In this document: in pieces, positions 41,067 through 51,391 of the stretch | Layout: each line of letters begins with the position of its first letter | How positions within the stretch are numbered: position 1 is the stretch's first letter | Assembly (NCBI GenBank): GCA_034429935.1 | Contig: DAOUFJ010000023.1 | Span: 9,517-73,516, forward strand | Source: Dehalococcoidales bacterium | GTDB taxonomy: Bacteria > Chloroflexota > Dehalococcoidia > Dehalococcoidales > UBA5627 | Direction of reading: 5' to 3' | Length of the DNA: 64,000 nucleotides | Program-made: the position numbers and the translations under genes | Notes under the pieces: generated by a model | Told to the model about the DNA's origin: nothing | The model's database searches: none | Seen by the model: only the letters and a program-made list of their open reading frames with translations

Positions 41067-41103
41067 ATCGTTATATTGACATTAATATAATGTGCATTAT
41101 AAA
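41067..41103 (+). promoter_or_regulatory. ModE-type operator overlapping the sigma70 promoter of moeA2
   Basis: ATCGTTATAT-N8-ATATAATGTG (41067-41094) resembles the ModE box ATCGNTATATA-N6-TATATANCGAT; it overlaps TTGACA (41076-41081)-N16-TATAAA (41098-41103). Confidence 0.6.
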
Positions 41104-41193
41104 ATAAGGCAGTTTTTGCCTGTGATTCTTTATAAACTTCTGTAATCAAAGCTACAGAGAAATAGAATATGTTATATTAAGCGGGGAATACCG

Positions 41194-42474
41194 ATGGTGA
41201 AAGTTGAGCAAGCTTTAGAAATTATTTTGAATCATACTGTTGTTCTTGATACCGAGAAAAAACCGTTGCTAAAATGTTTGGGGCAGGTACTGGCTGAGGA
41301 TATCCGCGCTCAATTCGATATGCCACAGTTAGATACCGGTGGTCCGGATGGTTATGCCGTCAGGTCCGAAGATATTAAAAGCGCCAGCCAGGATAACCCG
41401 ATAACTTTACGAATTATCGGGACAGTAAGAGCAGGCTACTTACCGAAGCGAACAGTTCAACCGGGAACTGCTATACGTATTATGACTGGTTCCGTGGTGC
41501 CTGAAGGCGCAGACTGTGTCGTCAGATTTGAGGATACAGATGAACCTGTGAACAAAAATGGCCCCAATCCATATAACCCTTCGGAAGTACGTTTTTTCTC
41601 CCCGTCCAGACCGGGGGCAAATATTTGCAGTGTGGGGAGCCGTTATACCAAAGGTTCACCGGTAATTCCGGCAGGTATACCTGTCGGGCCTTCTCAGATA
41701 TCTACCATTGCTTCTGTTGGGCTGGCAAATATCAAGGTAATCCGCCGACCGGTAATTGCTGTAATATCTACCGGTGATGAACTTATAAATCTGAATCAAT
41801 CACCTGCTCCTGCAAAAATTTATAACTGTAATACCGCAGCCGTATCTTCTTTAATTACCCATTATGGGGGTGTGCCTCAGATAATGGGTATCGCTCGTGA
41901 CAATGAGTCCTCCCTTAATCAAAAAATCCAAAAAAGTATTTTTGCGGATGCCATCATTACCAGCGGCGGAGTTTCCATGGGAGACTATGATTTAGTCCGG
42001 TTGGTGCTGGGTAAAACCGGACAGGTTCTTTTTTCAAGGATTAACATGGGGCCGGGAAAGTCTCTTGCCTTTGGTTTGGTTTATAGAACTTCGACCTCGG
42101 GAGAGCAAATACCGGTTCCTGTATTTGCTTTATCCGGGCCCCCCGTCGGTTGCATAAACAATTTTGAAACCCTTGTCAGGCCTGCCATACTTAAAATGAT
42201 GGGTTTTAGTGCGTTAAGCCATCCGTCGGTTGAAGCTGTCGCTATGGACTCTGACCTGATGAAAAAAACATTTCCTTTTATCAGATGGACAAGGCTGGAA
42301 AAAGTGCAGGGTGAATATCGGGTAACCCTTAATGGACATGGAAAACCCGGACCGCCGGCAGGGGTAGAAACAGCCAACTCTATCACAATTATCCCTGAAA
42401 ATACCCCAGTTCAAAAAGGTGATCGTATCCAGGTACTGCCATTGGAGTGGTGCCGGGATTACCTGAATCGTTAA
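41194..42474 (+). CDS. moeA: Molybdopterin molybdo/tungsto-transferase MoeA (copy 2, divergent)
   Basis: DGYAV, RIMTGSVVPEGADCVV, ISTGDEL, SGGVSMGDYD. Atypical motifs: PQLDTGGPDG, MGPGKS, LSGPP. Confidence 0.85.
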   Translation: MVKVEQALEIILNHTVVLDTEKKPLLKCLGQVLAEDIRAQFDMPQLDTGGPDGYAVRSEDIKSASQDNPITLRIIGTVRAGYLPKRTVQPGTAIRIMTGSVVPEGADCVVRFEDTDEPVNKNGPNPYNPSEVRFFSPSRPGANICSVGSRYTKGSPVIPAGIPVGPSQISTIASVGLANIKVIRRPVIAVISTGDELINLNQSPAPAKIYNCNTAAVSSLITHYGGVPQIMGIARDNESSLNQKIQKSIFADAIITSGGVSMGDYDLVRLVLGKTGQVLFSRINMGPGKSLAFGLVYRTSTSGEQIPVPVFALSGPPVGCINNFETLVRPAILKMMGFSALSHPSVEAVAMDSDLMKKTFPFIRWTRLEKVQGEYRVTLNGHGKPGPPAGVETANSITIIPENTPVQKGDRIQVLPLEWCRDYLNR

Positions 42475-42730
42475 AGTCTGTATAACAAGTAATAATTTCA
42501 AAGAGCAGAAACTATGTGCAATTTATGTCAGTATTTTTTTGATTTTTATGGTAAAAGATAGGTAAATAATTGTTTATGATATCATCGCCGCCAGCGGCAA
42601 AAAATCAATCCTCGAGAACTATAGAGATATTAGTTATAGAAAGAGAGGTGTAACATGACTACATGAAGAAGCAACCGTAATTTTTTTTCAATTTTAAATC
42701 TAATTAGACAAATTATACGAAAGGAGCAAA

Positions 42731-44404
42731 TTGAATAATAAAATTATCAAAGTCGCATTGACAATATGTTCCTGCGTGATACTAATTACCGGCCTTGCCG
42801 GATGCAGTCAGGCAGCCAAATCTATTCAAGCCAATATCTTGGGTGAGACTTACGATATCAGTATAAACAGCAGCGGTGAGGTTTTAGAAGCATTCACCGC
42901 CACAACGAGTGATGGGAAATTTACAATCAATATTCCTGCTAAGACAATCATCAAAGATAAAGATGGAAATTGCCTGACCAGTTTTACGGTAGCGAGCGAT
43001 AGTGATTCTCTTACTCCACCGCAGGAAGGGAAGGAAGTTGTTACGCCGGCATACACTTTACAACCCGAAGGAGCAACTTTTAGTTCTCCCATCACGATTA
43101 CCTTTAATTATGACCTTACCCAATATCCCGATACGAAAGATGACTACTTATATTCTGCCACGTATAGTTCTGGAATGTGGACAGAGCAAAGCAATACTAA
43201 TATTAATACGACCAAGCATACAATTTCAGTTTCGTTAACAGAAATCAGTTCTTCCACAACTTATGCTGTTATCGGTCATACTACCAGAACTATTACCGAT
43301 ATGTTCGACCGTCAGGTAACGGTGCCTGTTGCCATAAACTCGGTGTATTGCCTGGATAATCATTCAACACAACTGGTATATATGTTGTGCCCCGAAAAAT
43401 GGATAATGTCCAGTTCGTGGGCTGAAGGCTCTTATGTCCCTGATGAATATATCAGCAATCAGGTAGCCGCAACAACCCGTGTGAATGGAGTGGTAAATTA
43501 CGAAGAAGTCATTAAAGCTAAGCCGGATATCGCTCTGGCTGTTGTGATGAATTCCACAACGAAAGAGTCTCTGGACGATACGCAAACACAACTTGGCGGG
43601 ATACCTGTGGTTGCTCTCTGTATCGGCGATTATCTTACAAAATGGAGTGAGCCGATAGACTTTTTAGAAAGTATAATGCCTGATATAAAAAACCAGGGTG
43701 ATAAACTTAAGGCTTTTGCTGACGAAGCAGTAAGTTATGTTGAAAATATTCAAGAACAACTCGGCATTGAATACTACACAACCGGCGATGATGGCGAGTT
43801 TGGTGTAGTCGATTACAGTGCCATGAGCGCAGATGATCTTGCTAAATTAACCAGGGTACTGGATGCCGAAAGAGATGGTTTAAAAACAGATCTGCAAGGC
43901 AGTAAACATCTTAACCTCTTAACCTTCTGCGGTGGTTATTCCGTAGCTTTCGACAATACATTTACCGATCTTTCTTCCGAAAGGCAGGTAGATATTAACG
44001 CAGAAACGATAATGAATTGGAATTCCGAGTCCGGCCCTATAGATTTGATAATTATAGGACGGGGTTCGACTATAAATACCTATAATACGATAATGGATAC
44101 GAGCAGTGATAACTGGTGGCAAACCCTGGACTGCGTTAAAAACGGTTATGTATATACGCGCCCGACCAATCCTACATCCTGGTGGGATGGTCCTCCCGGA
44201 ACCGGTCAGATAATCGGTATGTACTGGATGGTACACTTACTCTATCCTCAGCTAACCACGGATTTGGACTCGGGTTCATCCGCATCGCTGGAGAGTAAAG
44301 TTAAATACTTCTATTCTAATTTCTGGCACTATGATTTAACCGATGCTGAACTTGCTTTACTTTTAAGTCAACCCGGTACAACCAACGCTTATCCCGGGAA
44401 ATAA
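42731..44404 (+). CDS. ABC transporter substrate-binding lipoprotein (class III, Fe-siderophore/B12/MolA-like) with an extra N-terminal beta domain
   Basis: TTG start after AAGGAG; lipobox LAGC. The binding domain begins RTITDMFDRQVTVP and includes NYEEVIKAKPD and VKNGYVY...PTSWWDGPP. Confidence 0.8.
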   Translation: MNNKIIKVALTICSCVILITGLAGCSQAAKSIQANILGETYDISINSSGEVLEAFTATTSDGKFTINIPAKTIIKDKDGNCLTSFTVASDSDSLTPPQEGKEVVTPAYTLQPEGATFSSPITITFNYDLTQYPDTKDDYLYSATYSSGMWTEQSNTNINTTKHTISVSLTEISSSTTYAVIGHTTRTITDMFDRQVTVPVAINSVYCLDNHSTQLVYMLCPEKWIMSSSWAEGSYVPDEYISNQVAATTRVNGVVNYEEVIKAKPDIALAVVMNSTTKESLDDTQTQLGGIPVVALCIGDYLTKWSEPIDFLESIMPDIKNQGDKLKAFADEAVSYVENIQEQLGIEYYTTGDDGEFGVVDYSAMSADDLAKLTRVLDAERDGLKTDLQGSKHLNLLTFCGGYSVAFDNTFTDLSSERQVDINAETIMNWNSESGPIDLIIIGRGSTINTYNTIMDTSSDNWWQTLDCVKNGYVYTRPTNPTSWWDGPPGTGQIIGMYWMVHLLYPQLTTDLDSGSSASLESKVKYFYSNFWHYDLTDAELALLLSQPGTTNAYPGK

Positions 44405-44469
44405 TGCAACTTTGAGAAAAATTAATGACCTATAACAGGGATGACATATTCATTCGGAAAATCGGCGCC

Positions 44470-45489
44470 ATGCGGCTTAAAAAGCTGACGGGCACGTCTG
44501 CCGGTGCAATCCTGATCATTTTATTAGCTATCGTTTTTATTCTGTCTTTTACGATAGGTAGATACCATATCGCACCGGCAGACGTGATAAAAATCATTCT
44601 ATCAAATTTTTTACCGATCGACCACACCTGGAAAAGTGACATGGATACAGTAGTTAATGTCGTCAGACTGCCTCGCATACTGGCAGCTATGCTGGTTGGG
44701 GGCGGTCTGTCCCTGGTCGGTGCCTGTTTCCAGGGGCTATTTCGTAATCCCCTGGTATCATCTGATATTCTTGGGGTTTCACAGGCTGCCGGTTTTGGAG
44801 CAGCTTTAGCAATATTTTTCAGCGCCAGTATTCTGGCGACGCAGGTAACTGCTTTCATTTTTGCCCTGGGAGCTGTCGGTTTGGCATTTGGTATCACCAA
44901 GGTTATGAAAGGAAATTCCGTTCTTAACTTAATTTTGGCAGGCATAGCTATCGGCGCCCTTTTTACTGCCTTTCAATCAATAACAAAATACGTTGCCGAT
45001 CAGGATAAACAATTGCCTGCTATGAATGCCTTTATAACAGGCGGTTTCTCCGGTATTAAAATGAGTACCCTATCGATGGCAGCTGTCCCTATTATAGTCG
45101 GCATAGTCGTGCTCATACTCATCCGATGGCGATTCAATGTGCTATCAATGGGAGAAGAAGAAGCTAAATCAATGGGAGTAAATACCGGGAAATTACGTGC
45201 CATTATTGTAGTCTGCTGTACGCTGGTAACTGCTTCAACAGTCTGTATTGCAGGCACCATTGGATGGATAGGGCTGATAATTCCTCATGTAGGGCGTGCT
45301 TTAGTGGGTCCCGATTATAAGAAACTTCTCCCTGTATCTATGTTATTGGGAGCCGTTTTCCTCTTAATTATCGATGATATAGCTCGAAGCCTGCTATCCG
45401 TGGAGATTCCTATCAGCCTCTTAACATCCGTTCTGGGAGCCCCATTCTTTATTTATCTGTTAAAAAAGAGGGGGAAAGGATGGTCATGA
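44470..45489 (+). CDS. FecCD/BtuC-family ABC permease
   Basis: VRLPRILAA, QGLFRNPLV, LSMGEEEAKSMG, IGWIGLIIPH. The start may instead be ATG 44425. Confidence 0.92.
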   Translation: MRLKKLTGTSAGAILIILLAIVFILSFTIGRYHIAPADVIKIILSNFLPIDHTWKSDMDTVVNVVRLPRILAAMLVGGGLSLVGACFQGLFRNPLVSSDILGVSQAAGFGAALAIFFSASILATQVTAFIFALGAVGLAFGITKVMKGNSVLNLILAGIAIGALFTAFQSITKYVADQDKQLPAMNAFITGGFSGIKMSTLSMAAVPIIVGIVVLILIRWRFNVLSMGEEEAKSMGVNTGKLRAIIVVCCTLVTASTVCIAGTIGWIGLIIPHVGRALVGPDYKKLLPVSMLLGAVFLLIIDDIARSLLSVEIPISLLTSVLGAPFFIYLLKKRGKGWS

Positions 45490-46268
45490 AGCTGCAGGTT
45501 ATTAGTGCCGGATTTCTTTATGAATCGAATAAATCGAGAGGTTTTTCCGATATCAATTTTTCCGTTAAGAACGGAGATGTAATGTCCATCCTGGGACCGA
45601 ATGGTTGTGGTAAAACAACACTTTTAAAATGCCTGGACAACTTATTGAAACTGCATGAAGGGTCAATTACTATCAATGATCAGGACATCTCAAAATTATC
45701 GGATGTAGAGATAGCCAAATCTATTGGATATGTACCTCAGATGCACCAGCCGCTCTTTCCTTTTTCTGTCATGGATGCCGTTTTGGTAGGAAGATCTCCT
45801 CACCTCAAAATAATGGCTTCGCCGGGGCAGGAAGATATTCGCATCGCCGAAGCATCCATGGAAGCGATGGGAATATCTCACTTGAGAGATAAACCTTATA
45901 CACAGATTAGCGGAGGAGAAAGACAAATGGTTATTTTCGCCAGGGTATTGACTCAACAACCTTCTTTGCTCTTACTGGACGAACCGACTTCTCATCTGGA
46001 CTATGGAAATCAAATAAGGTTATTAAGAGTCGTACAAAAAATGGCTAAGACCGGATTACCGATAATCATGACCACTCATTTCCCTGACCATGTTTTTCGA
46101 ATCTGCAATAAGGTAGCTCTCATGAAAAATGGAAAATTTATCGGAATTGGGAAACCGGAAGATGTAATGACCGATGACAATCTGGAAAAAGTCTATAACA
46201 TCAATATTAAAGTGGTTAACCCGGTTAAGGGATACGACCAGAAAATCTGCGTGCCGTTGGAAGATTGA
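45486..46268 (+). CDS. ABC transporter ATP-binding protein
   Basis: Walker A GPNGCGKT, signature ISGGERQ, Walker B LLLLDEPT, H-loop TTH. Confidence 0.95.
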   Translation: MKLQVISAGFLYESNKSRGFSDINFSVKNGDVMSILGPNGCGKTTLLKCLDNLLKLHEGSITINDQDISKLSDVEIAKSIGYVPQMHQPLFPFSVMDAVLVGRSPHLKIMASPGQEDIRIAEASMEAMGISHLRDKPYTQISGGERQMVIFARVLTQQPSLLLLDEPTSHLDYGNQIRLLRVVQKMAKTGLPIIMTTHFPDHVFRICNKVALMKNGKFIGIGKPEDVMTDDNLEKVYNINIKVVNPVKGYDQKICVPLED

Positions 46269-46523
46269 TATTCTATAAAAGACATAAACGATTTTTTGTA
46301 TCAGGCATTTAAAATTCTTTAATTTAGCTTATTTATAGTCAGGGTTATTCATTTAATTTTATGCTTCATAATATTTTATATGGAATTTGGGGAAATTATA
46401 TATCTATGTTAAAGGTATAAAAACGGTTGCAGATATTCGTTAATCGGTTTATACTCTAGGCATATCGGGTAATTTTCGTTGTCTATTGTTTCATAAATCT
46501 GATAAAGAAGGATTGGGGCATAA

Positions 46524-46820
46524 GTGAATATCTGGTGGATTCTTATCATTATAATTGTCAGTGTTTTTTTGATTATTTTTGTCATTGACCGAGTTGTAGT
46601 TGCCCATAAAAGGCAGGTAACTACCGGCAGGGAAGATTTAATCGGGAAATCGGTTGTCGTTAAGAAAACTTTAAATCCTGAAGGCACGGTATTTGTAGAG
46701 GGTGAAATCTGGCTTGCAAGGCTCGATAGCGGAACTGCCGCACCCGGGGAGCATGTCGTAATTAAAAGTTCCGATGGGCTTAAACTCTACGTTTCAAAAA
46801 ATAAGGAGGGAGGTAATTAA
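46524..46820 (+). CDS. NfeD-like protein (short, C-terminal OB-fold)
   Basis: N-terminal TM helix, [20 protein letters not shown]; directly upstream of the SPFH gene. Confidence 0.85.
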   Translation: MNIWWILIIIIVSVFLIIFVIDRVVVAHKRQVTTGREDLIGKSVVVKKTLNPEGTVFVEGEIWLARLDSGTAAPGEHVVIKSSDGLKLYVSKNKEGGN

Positions 46821-47572
46821 TGGATCTTTACGGCTATATAATATTAATTGTTGTCGTCCTGTTTATCCTGTCGCTGTCTGTCAAAGTGGTATCCGAATAT
46901 GAAAGGGGTGTTATTTTCAGGCTGGGGAGGCTTATCGGAGCGAAAGGCCCCGGTCTGTTCTTTATTATCCCCTTTGTCGACCGCATGGTTAAAGTGGATT
47001 TGCGTGTTGTCACCATGGATGTTCCGTCGCAGGAAGTGATTACCAAGGATAACGTTACGGTAAGAGTCAACGCGGTTGTCTATTTCAGGGTGGTTGACCC
47101 CGAAGCATCTGTGGTTAAAGTACTTGACCATATCAGAGCTACGTCACAGATATCTCAAACGACTTTAAGAAATGTTCTGGGACAATCCGAATTGGATGAA
47201 TTGCTGGCACAAAGAGAAAAATTGAACCAGACGCTACAGGCAATTATCGATGAACACACTGACCCCTGGGGAATTAAAGTCAGCACGGTGGAAATCAAAG
47301 AGGTTGAACTTCCCGAAACAATGAGAAGGTCGATGGCAGCGCAGGCGGAAGCCGAAAGAGAGAGGCGTGCCAAGATCATTCATGCCGAGGGTGAATATCA
47401 GGCTTCGGAAAAGCTGGCTCAAGCGGCAGATGTTATTGCCAAAGAACCGGTGACTTTGCAGCTGCGTTATCTGCAAACATTGACCGAGATAGCTTCGGAG
47501 AAGAACAGCACGCTGATATTCCCGATTCCTATCGATATGATAACGATGTTTATGAAAAAAGACAACAAGTAA
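46820..47572 (+). CDS. SPFH/stomatin (slipin) family protein
   Basis: [52 protein letters not shown]. Confidence 0.94.
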   Translation: MDLYGYIILIVVVLFILSLSVKVVSEYERGVIFRLGRLIGAKGPGLFFIIPFVDRMVKVDLRVVTMDVPSQEVITKDNVTVRVNAVVYFRVVDPEASVVKVLDHIRATSQISQTTLRNVLGQSELDELLAQREKLNQTLQAIIDEHTDPWGIKVSTVEIKEVELPETMRRSMAAQAEAERERRAKIIHAEGEYQASEKLAQAADVIAKEPVTLQLRYLQTLTEIASEKNSTLIFPIPIDMITMFMKKDNK

Positions 47573-47595
47573 ACAAGAATTGCAGGGGATGTTAT

Positions 47596-48378
47596 CTATT
47601 TAAGCAGGGTAACATCCCCTGCCGTAAAGTCGACCTGTTTGCCATCGGCTAAAGTAAGTATCAGGCTGCCGTCTTCGGCAACGGTATCCACAATCCCCTC
47701 ATAAATGATATTCCCAGACTTGGCAGAGACCTTTTTCCCGATGGTATCCATATTGTCCCGCCATTCCCTGTAAACTATATCTTTATCTCTTGATAACAGA
47801 TATAGTTTTTCGATTTCGACCAGCAGCGTTCTGATGATATCGAGCCGTGATATATATTTCCCCTTTTCATCCAATAAGGTAGTAGCTGTATCTGCGATTT
47901 CAGGATAGTCTTTAACATTGAAATTCACATTTATTCCCATCCCGATAACGGCATATCCGACATTTTTATCGTTTATCATGCTTTCGATTAAAATTCCGCT
48001 TACTTTTTTTCCGTTGAGCAAAATATCGTTAGGCCATTTTATGGCGGCTTTCAGGCCGGTTACTTTCTTTATTGTGTGTAACAGGGCAACGGAGGCTACC
48101 ATGATCAGGGACGGCAGGTGTTTTATATCGGGATACAGGATAATTGAAAGAATAGCGCACCCTTTTGGGGTAACCCAGCTTCTTTCGAGGCGGCCTTTGC
48201 CTGAAGTTTGTTCTTCAGCGATGATTACGGTTCCTTCAGGGACACCGTTCGAGGCCGCAATCTTGGCGATTTCCATTGTCGAAGTAAGTTGTGGGTATAC
48301 AATAACCCTTTGTCCGATAAAACGGGTCTCCAGTTTCCCTGAAATATTTTCGGCGGATAAAATATCTTTTTCAGCCAT
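47596..48378 (-). CDS. birA: Biotin--protein ligase (no HTH, group I)
   Basis: STM, EEQTSGKGRLER, IKWPND, KVSGILIE, GMGINV. Confidence 0.93.
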   Translation of the reverse strand: MAEKDILSAENISGKLETRFIGQRVIVYPQLTSTMEIAKIAASNGVPEGTVIIAEEQTSGKGRLERSWVTPKGCAILSIILYPDIKHLPSLIMVASVALLHTIKKVTGLKAAIKWPNDILLNGKKVSGILIESMINDKNVGYAVIGMGINVNFNVKDYPEIADTATTLLDEKGKYISRLDIIRTLLVEIEKLYLLSRDKDIVYREWRDNMDTIGKKVSAKSGNIIYEGIVDTVAEDGSLILTLADGKQVDFTAGDVTLLK

Positions 48379-48418
48379 CATGTCAGTTACTCCGATAATA
48401 ATATTTTTATGGTAAATT

Positions 48419-49471
48419 CTAGAGCATCTTTTCCAATCTATCCGGATGACTGCTTTTTAATAATGCTTCTTCTCTGGTGGTCAGCCCCTGTTTTACGAGG
48501 TTTGCCAGGCTCTGGTCAAGCGTTTGCATCCCGGCAGCGTTATTCAATTGCATAATACTTGCAAGTTCAAAGGTTTTGCCTTCGCGTATCAGGTTTCTGA
48601 CAGCTGGATTGGCAAGAAGTATTTCGAATGCCCCCACCCTGCCTTTCGTATGAACTCTGGGAAGCAGCGTCTGGGATATAATGGCGACGAGCACCTGCGA
48701 GAATTGCAATCTTATCTGGGATTGTTGCTCGTGAGGATACATATCTATTATACGGTCGACTGTCTGCGGGGCATCTATGGTATGTAAAGTTCCCATAACC
48801 AGGTGCCCTGTTTCGGCTGCTCTCAATGCGGTGGTTATGGTAGGCAGGTCTCTCATTTCTCCCACGACTATTAAATCCGGGTCATGTCTCAAAGCATGGA
48901 TTAAGGCGGTATCGAACGATGCCGTATCGTCACCCAGGTCTCTCTGGGCTATAAGGCATTTTTTATTGGAATGCAGGTATTCTATCGGGTCTTCGATAGT
49001 AATCACATTTTTTCTCATGGTATTGTTCAGATGGTCTATCATGGCTGCCATAGTAGTCGACTTTCCGCTTCCGGTCGGCCCTGTAACTAAAATAAGACCT
49101 CTCGGTTTTTGTATCAGCTGTTTGCACAACTGCGGCAGGAATAATTCGTCAACGGTAAGTATCTTAAAGGGCACCAGCCTGAAGGCCATGCTTATGGTAC
49201 CTCTTTGTTTCAGTACGCTTACTCTGAACCTTGCCAATCCCTTGACGCTGTAAGCAAAATCAAGCTCTTTCGTACTGTAGAATATCTCTCTTTGCTCCTG
49301 TGTTGTTATCTGCTCGAATGCTGCTGTGACATCTTCTACCGAGAAAGGCGGATATTCCTCTTGAATAACCAGCGCTCCGTCGATGCGCAGCACCGGGGGG
49401 GTAAAAACCCTTATATGCAGGTCCGAGGCCTCTTTTTTTACCATCAATTCGAGCAGGTTGTTTATATCCAT
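48419..49471 (-). CDS. pilT: PilT-family pilus retraction ATPase
   Basis: ASDLH, GPTGSGKSTT, TIEDPIEY, LRHDPD...VGEMRD, TGHLVMGTLH, GMQTLDQ. Confidence 0.93.
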   Translation of the reverse strand: MDINNLLELMVKKEASDLHIRVFTPPVLRIDGALVIQEEYPPFSVEDVTAAFEQITTQEQREIFYSTKELDFAYSVKGLARFRVSVLKQRGTISMAFRLVPFKILTVDELFLPQLCKQLIQKPRGLILVTGPTGSGKSTTMAAMIDHLNNTMRKNVITIEDPIEYLHSNKKCLIAQRDLGDDTASFDTALIHALRHDPDLIVVGEMRDLPTITTALRAAETGHLVMGTLHTIDAPQTVDRIIDMYPHEQQSQIRLQFSQVLVAIISQTLLPRVHTKGRVGAFEILLANPAVRNLIREGKTFELASIMQLNNAAGMQTLDQSLANLVKQGLTTREEALLKSSHPDRLEKML

Positions 49472-49655
49472 TATTGAAGCTCCAGTTTTTGATATAGTTT
49501 GCGAAATTGTATTCTGTAAACAATCATCAGTGTTAAAGATTATAATACCACAATCATGATATTAATCAATGGCTGCTATTGTTTATATAAGCCGTCGATT
49601 CGGTTTCGGCTGTCTTTTTAAGACTGTTTAATCAATAATATATACCCTGCTTCGA

Positions 49656-49684
49656 TTGACAAGCTATCTGTTAGAGTTTATCAT
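49656..49684 (+). promoter_or_regulatory. Sigma70-type promoter of the DUF39 operon
   Basis: TTGACA-N17-TATCAT, ending about 55 nt before the start codon. Confidence 0.6.
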
Positions 49685-49740
49685 TTAAATATTTATGCCG
49701 TATTTATCACAATGCGCTATGAGATTGAGGAGCATGAAAG

Positions 49741-50949
49741 ATGTCCAAGACAATCGAAGAAATTAACGAGAAGATACGCCGTGGGGAGGCTGTAGTTGTC
49801 AACGCCGAGGAAATAATCGGGATTGCAAGGGAGAAGGGGATAAAGAAAGCGGCCCGGGAAGTGGATGTTGTAACAACGGGAACGTTTGGCCCCATGTGCT
49901 CTTCAGGCGCTTATATCAATATCGGACATTCGAATCCGCGCATCAAGGTCGGCGGAGGAAAGGCATATCTCAATGATGTTCCGGCTTATGCGGCATTTGC
50001 GGCAACGGATTTGCTTATCGGGGCCAATGCACTACCCGATGATGACCCGAGGAACAGGATTTATCCCGGCGAGTTCAATTACGGCGGGGGGCATGTTATA
50101 GAGGAACTGGTAGCCGGCAAAGACATACGTTTGTCTGTCACGGCGTACGGAACGGATTGCTATCCGAGAAAGAAGCTTGAAACATGGATTAATATTAAAG
50201 ACCTTAACGAGGCGGTATTGTTCAATCCTCGCAATGCCTATCAGAACTATAATGTAGCTATCAATACCTCGGGCAAGGTGATTTATACATATATGGGAAT
50301 TCTTAAACCCAATATGGGGAACGTGAATTATGCTACCGCCGGGCAGTTGTCGCCCCTTTTGAATGACCCTTACTATAAGACTATAGGTATAGGGACGAAG
50401 GTTTTCCTGGGGGGAGGTATCGGCTTCGTCGCCTGGCAGGGAACACAGCATAATCCGGCTGCCCCGAGAAACGAAAGGGGCGTTCCTACGAGAGGGGCAG
50501 GCACGCTTGCTCTTATCGGTGATTTGAAACAGATGAGCCCCGAATGGTTAATCGGTACCAGCATGATGGGGTACGGGTGTACCCTGACTGTCGGCATCGG
50601 CGTTCCCATTCCCATACTTTCCGAGGAGATACTCGAATATACCACTGTAACCGATGCCGATATTACATCTGCTGTCATAGATTACTCTTCCGAGTATCCC
50701 AATTTAGGCTCGAATATCGTCACCGAGGTAAGCTATGCCGAATTGAAGAGCGGGAAAATCGAAATAGGCGGTAAGCAGATACCGACTGCCTCTCTATCCA
50801 GTTATTCTCGCGCTTTGAAAATAGCCGATACATTGAAGGATTGGATAAAATGCGGGCGCTTTCTTTTAACCGAGCCGGTCGAGCCGTTGCCGGGGGCCGA
50901 ATCCGGTTTAAAGACAAAACCGTTGAAAGAACGTCCGGTTGTAGAATAG
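49741..50949 (+). CDS. Homocysteine biosynthesis protein (DUF39, MA1821/MJ0100-like), no CBS domains
   Basis: KTIEEINEKI...VDVVTTGTFGPMCSSG, PRNAYQNY, YTYMG, GQLSPLLNDP, GTLALIGDLKQM, GVPIP. Confidence 0.9.
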   Translation: MSKTIEEINEKIRRGEAVVVNAEEIIGIAREKGIKKAAREVDVVTTGTFGPMCSSGAYINIGHSNPRIKVGGGKAYLNDVPAYAAFAATDLLIGANALPDDDPRNRIYPGEFNYGGGHVIEELVAGKDIRLSVTAYGTDCYPRKKLETWINIKDLNEAVLFNPRNAYQNYNVAINTSGKVIYTYMGILKPNMGNVNYATAGQLSPLLNDPYYKTIGIGTKVFLGGGIGFVAWQGTQHNPAAPRNERGVPTRGAGTLALIGDLKQMSPEWLIGTSMMGYGCTLTVGIGVPIPILSEEILEYTTVTDADITSAVIDYSSEYPNLGSNIVTEVSYAELKSGKIEIGGKQIPTASLSSYSRALKIADTLKDWIKCGRFLLTEPVEPLPGAESGLKTKPLKERPVVE

Positions 50950-50976
50950 TTATATAGTTTAAGTGAGGTCGTTTTC

Positions 50977-51387
50977 ATGATCGTCTCAAAGAAAATAGTA
51001 CTCCATTTCCCTGTTCGCCTTGTAGATAGAGCTATAGTCTATCACCTGATAAAAGACTATGACCTTGAATTCAACATTATGAAGGCTTCCATCATTCCGG
51101 ATGCCGAGGGATTGATGGTTATCGAACTGCGCGGTGAACAGGTAAATTACGATAAAGGAATCAAGTTCCTTACCGAAACCGGTGTGCGGATACAATCCCT
51201 GGGGCAAAATGTTCTCCGCAACGATGCGCGGTGCACTCATTGCGGTGCCTGTGTGACCGTATGCCCCACCAAGGCTTTTAAACTCGACCCGGAAACACGG
51301 CTTATTTCATTCGATGACAGCAAATGTATTGCCTGCGGTCTGTGCCTGAAAGCCTGTCCCCCGCGGGCAATGGAACTGCACTTCTAA
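50977..51387 (+). CDS. NIL domain-ferredoxin fusion (MA1822-like)
   Basis: N-terminal NIL-like domain, then CTHCGACVTVC and CIACGLC...CP. Confidence 0.9.
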   Translation: MIVSKKIVLHFPVRLVDRAIVYHLIKDYDLEFNIMKASIIPDAEGLMVIELRGEQVNYDKGIKFLTETGVRIQSLGQNVLRNDARCTHCGACVTVCPTKAFKLDPETRLISFDDSKCIACGLCLKACPPRAMELHF

Positions 51388-51391
51388 TGTT

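Noticed and set aside
42475-42730. Cobalamin riboswitch ahead of the BtuF-like ABC operon
   Set aside because: No B12-box or the usual GGGAA/GCCACTG elements seen; the region is AT-rich and unstructured.
49472-49740. SAM riboswitch ahead of the homocysteine cluster
   Set aside because: No SAM-I core motifs; the promoter leaves only about 50 nt of leader.
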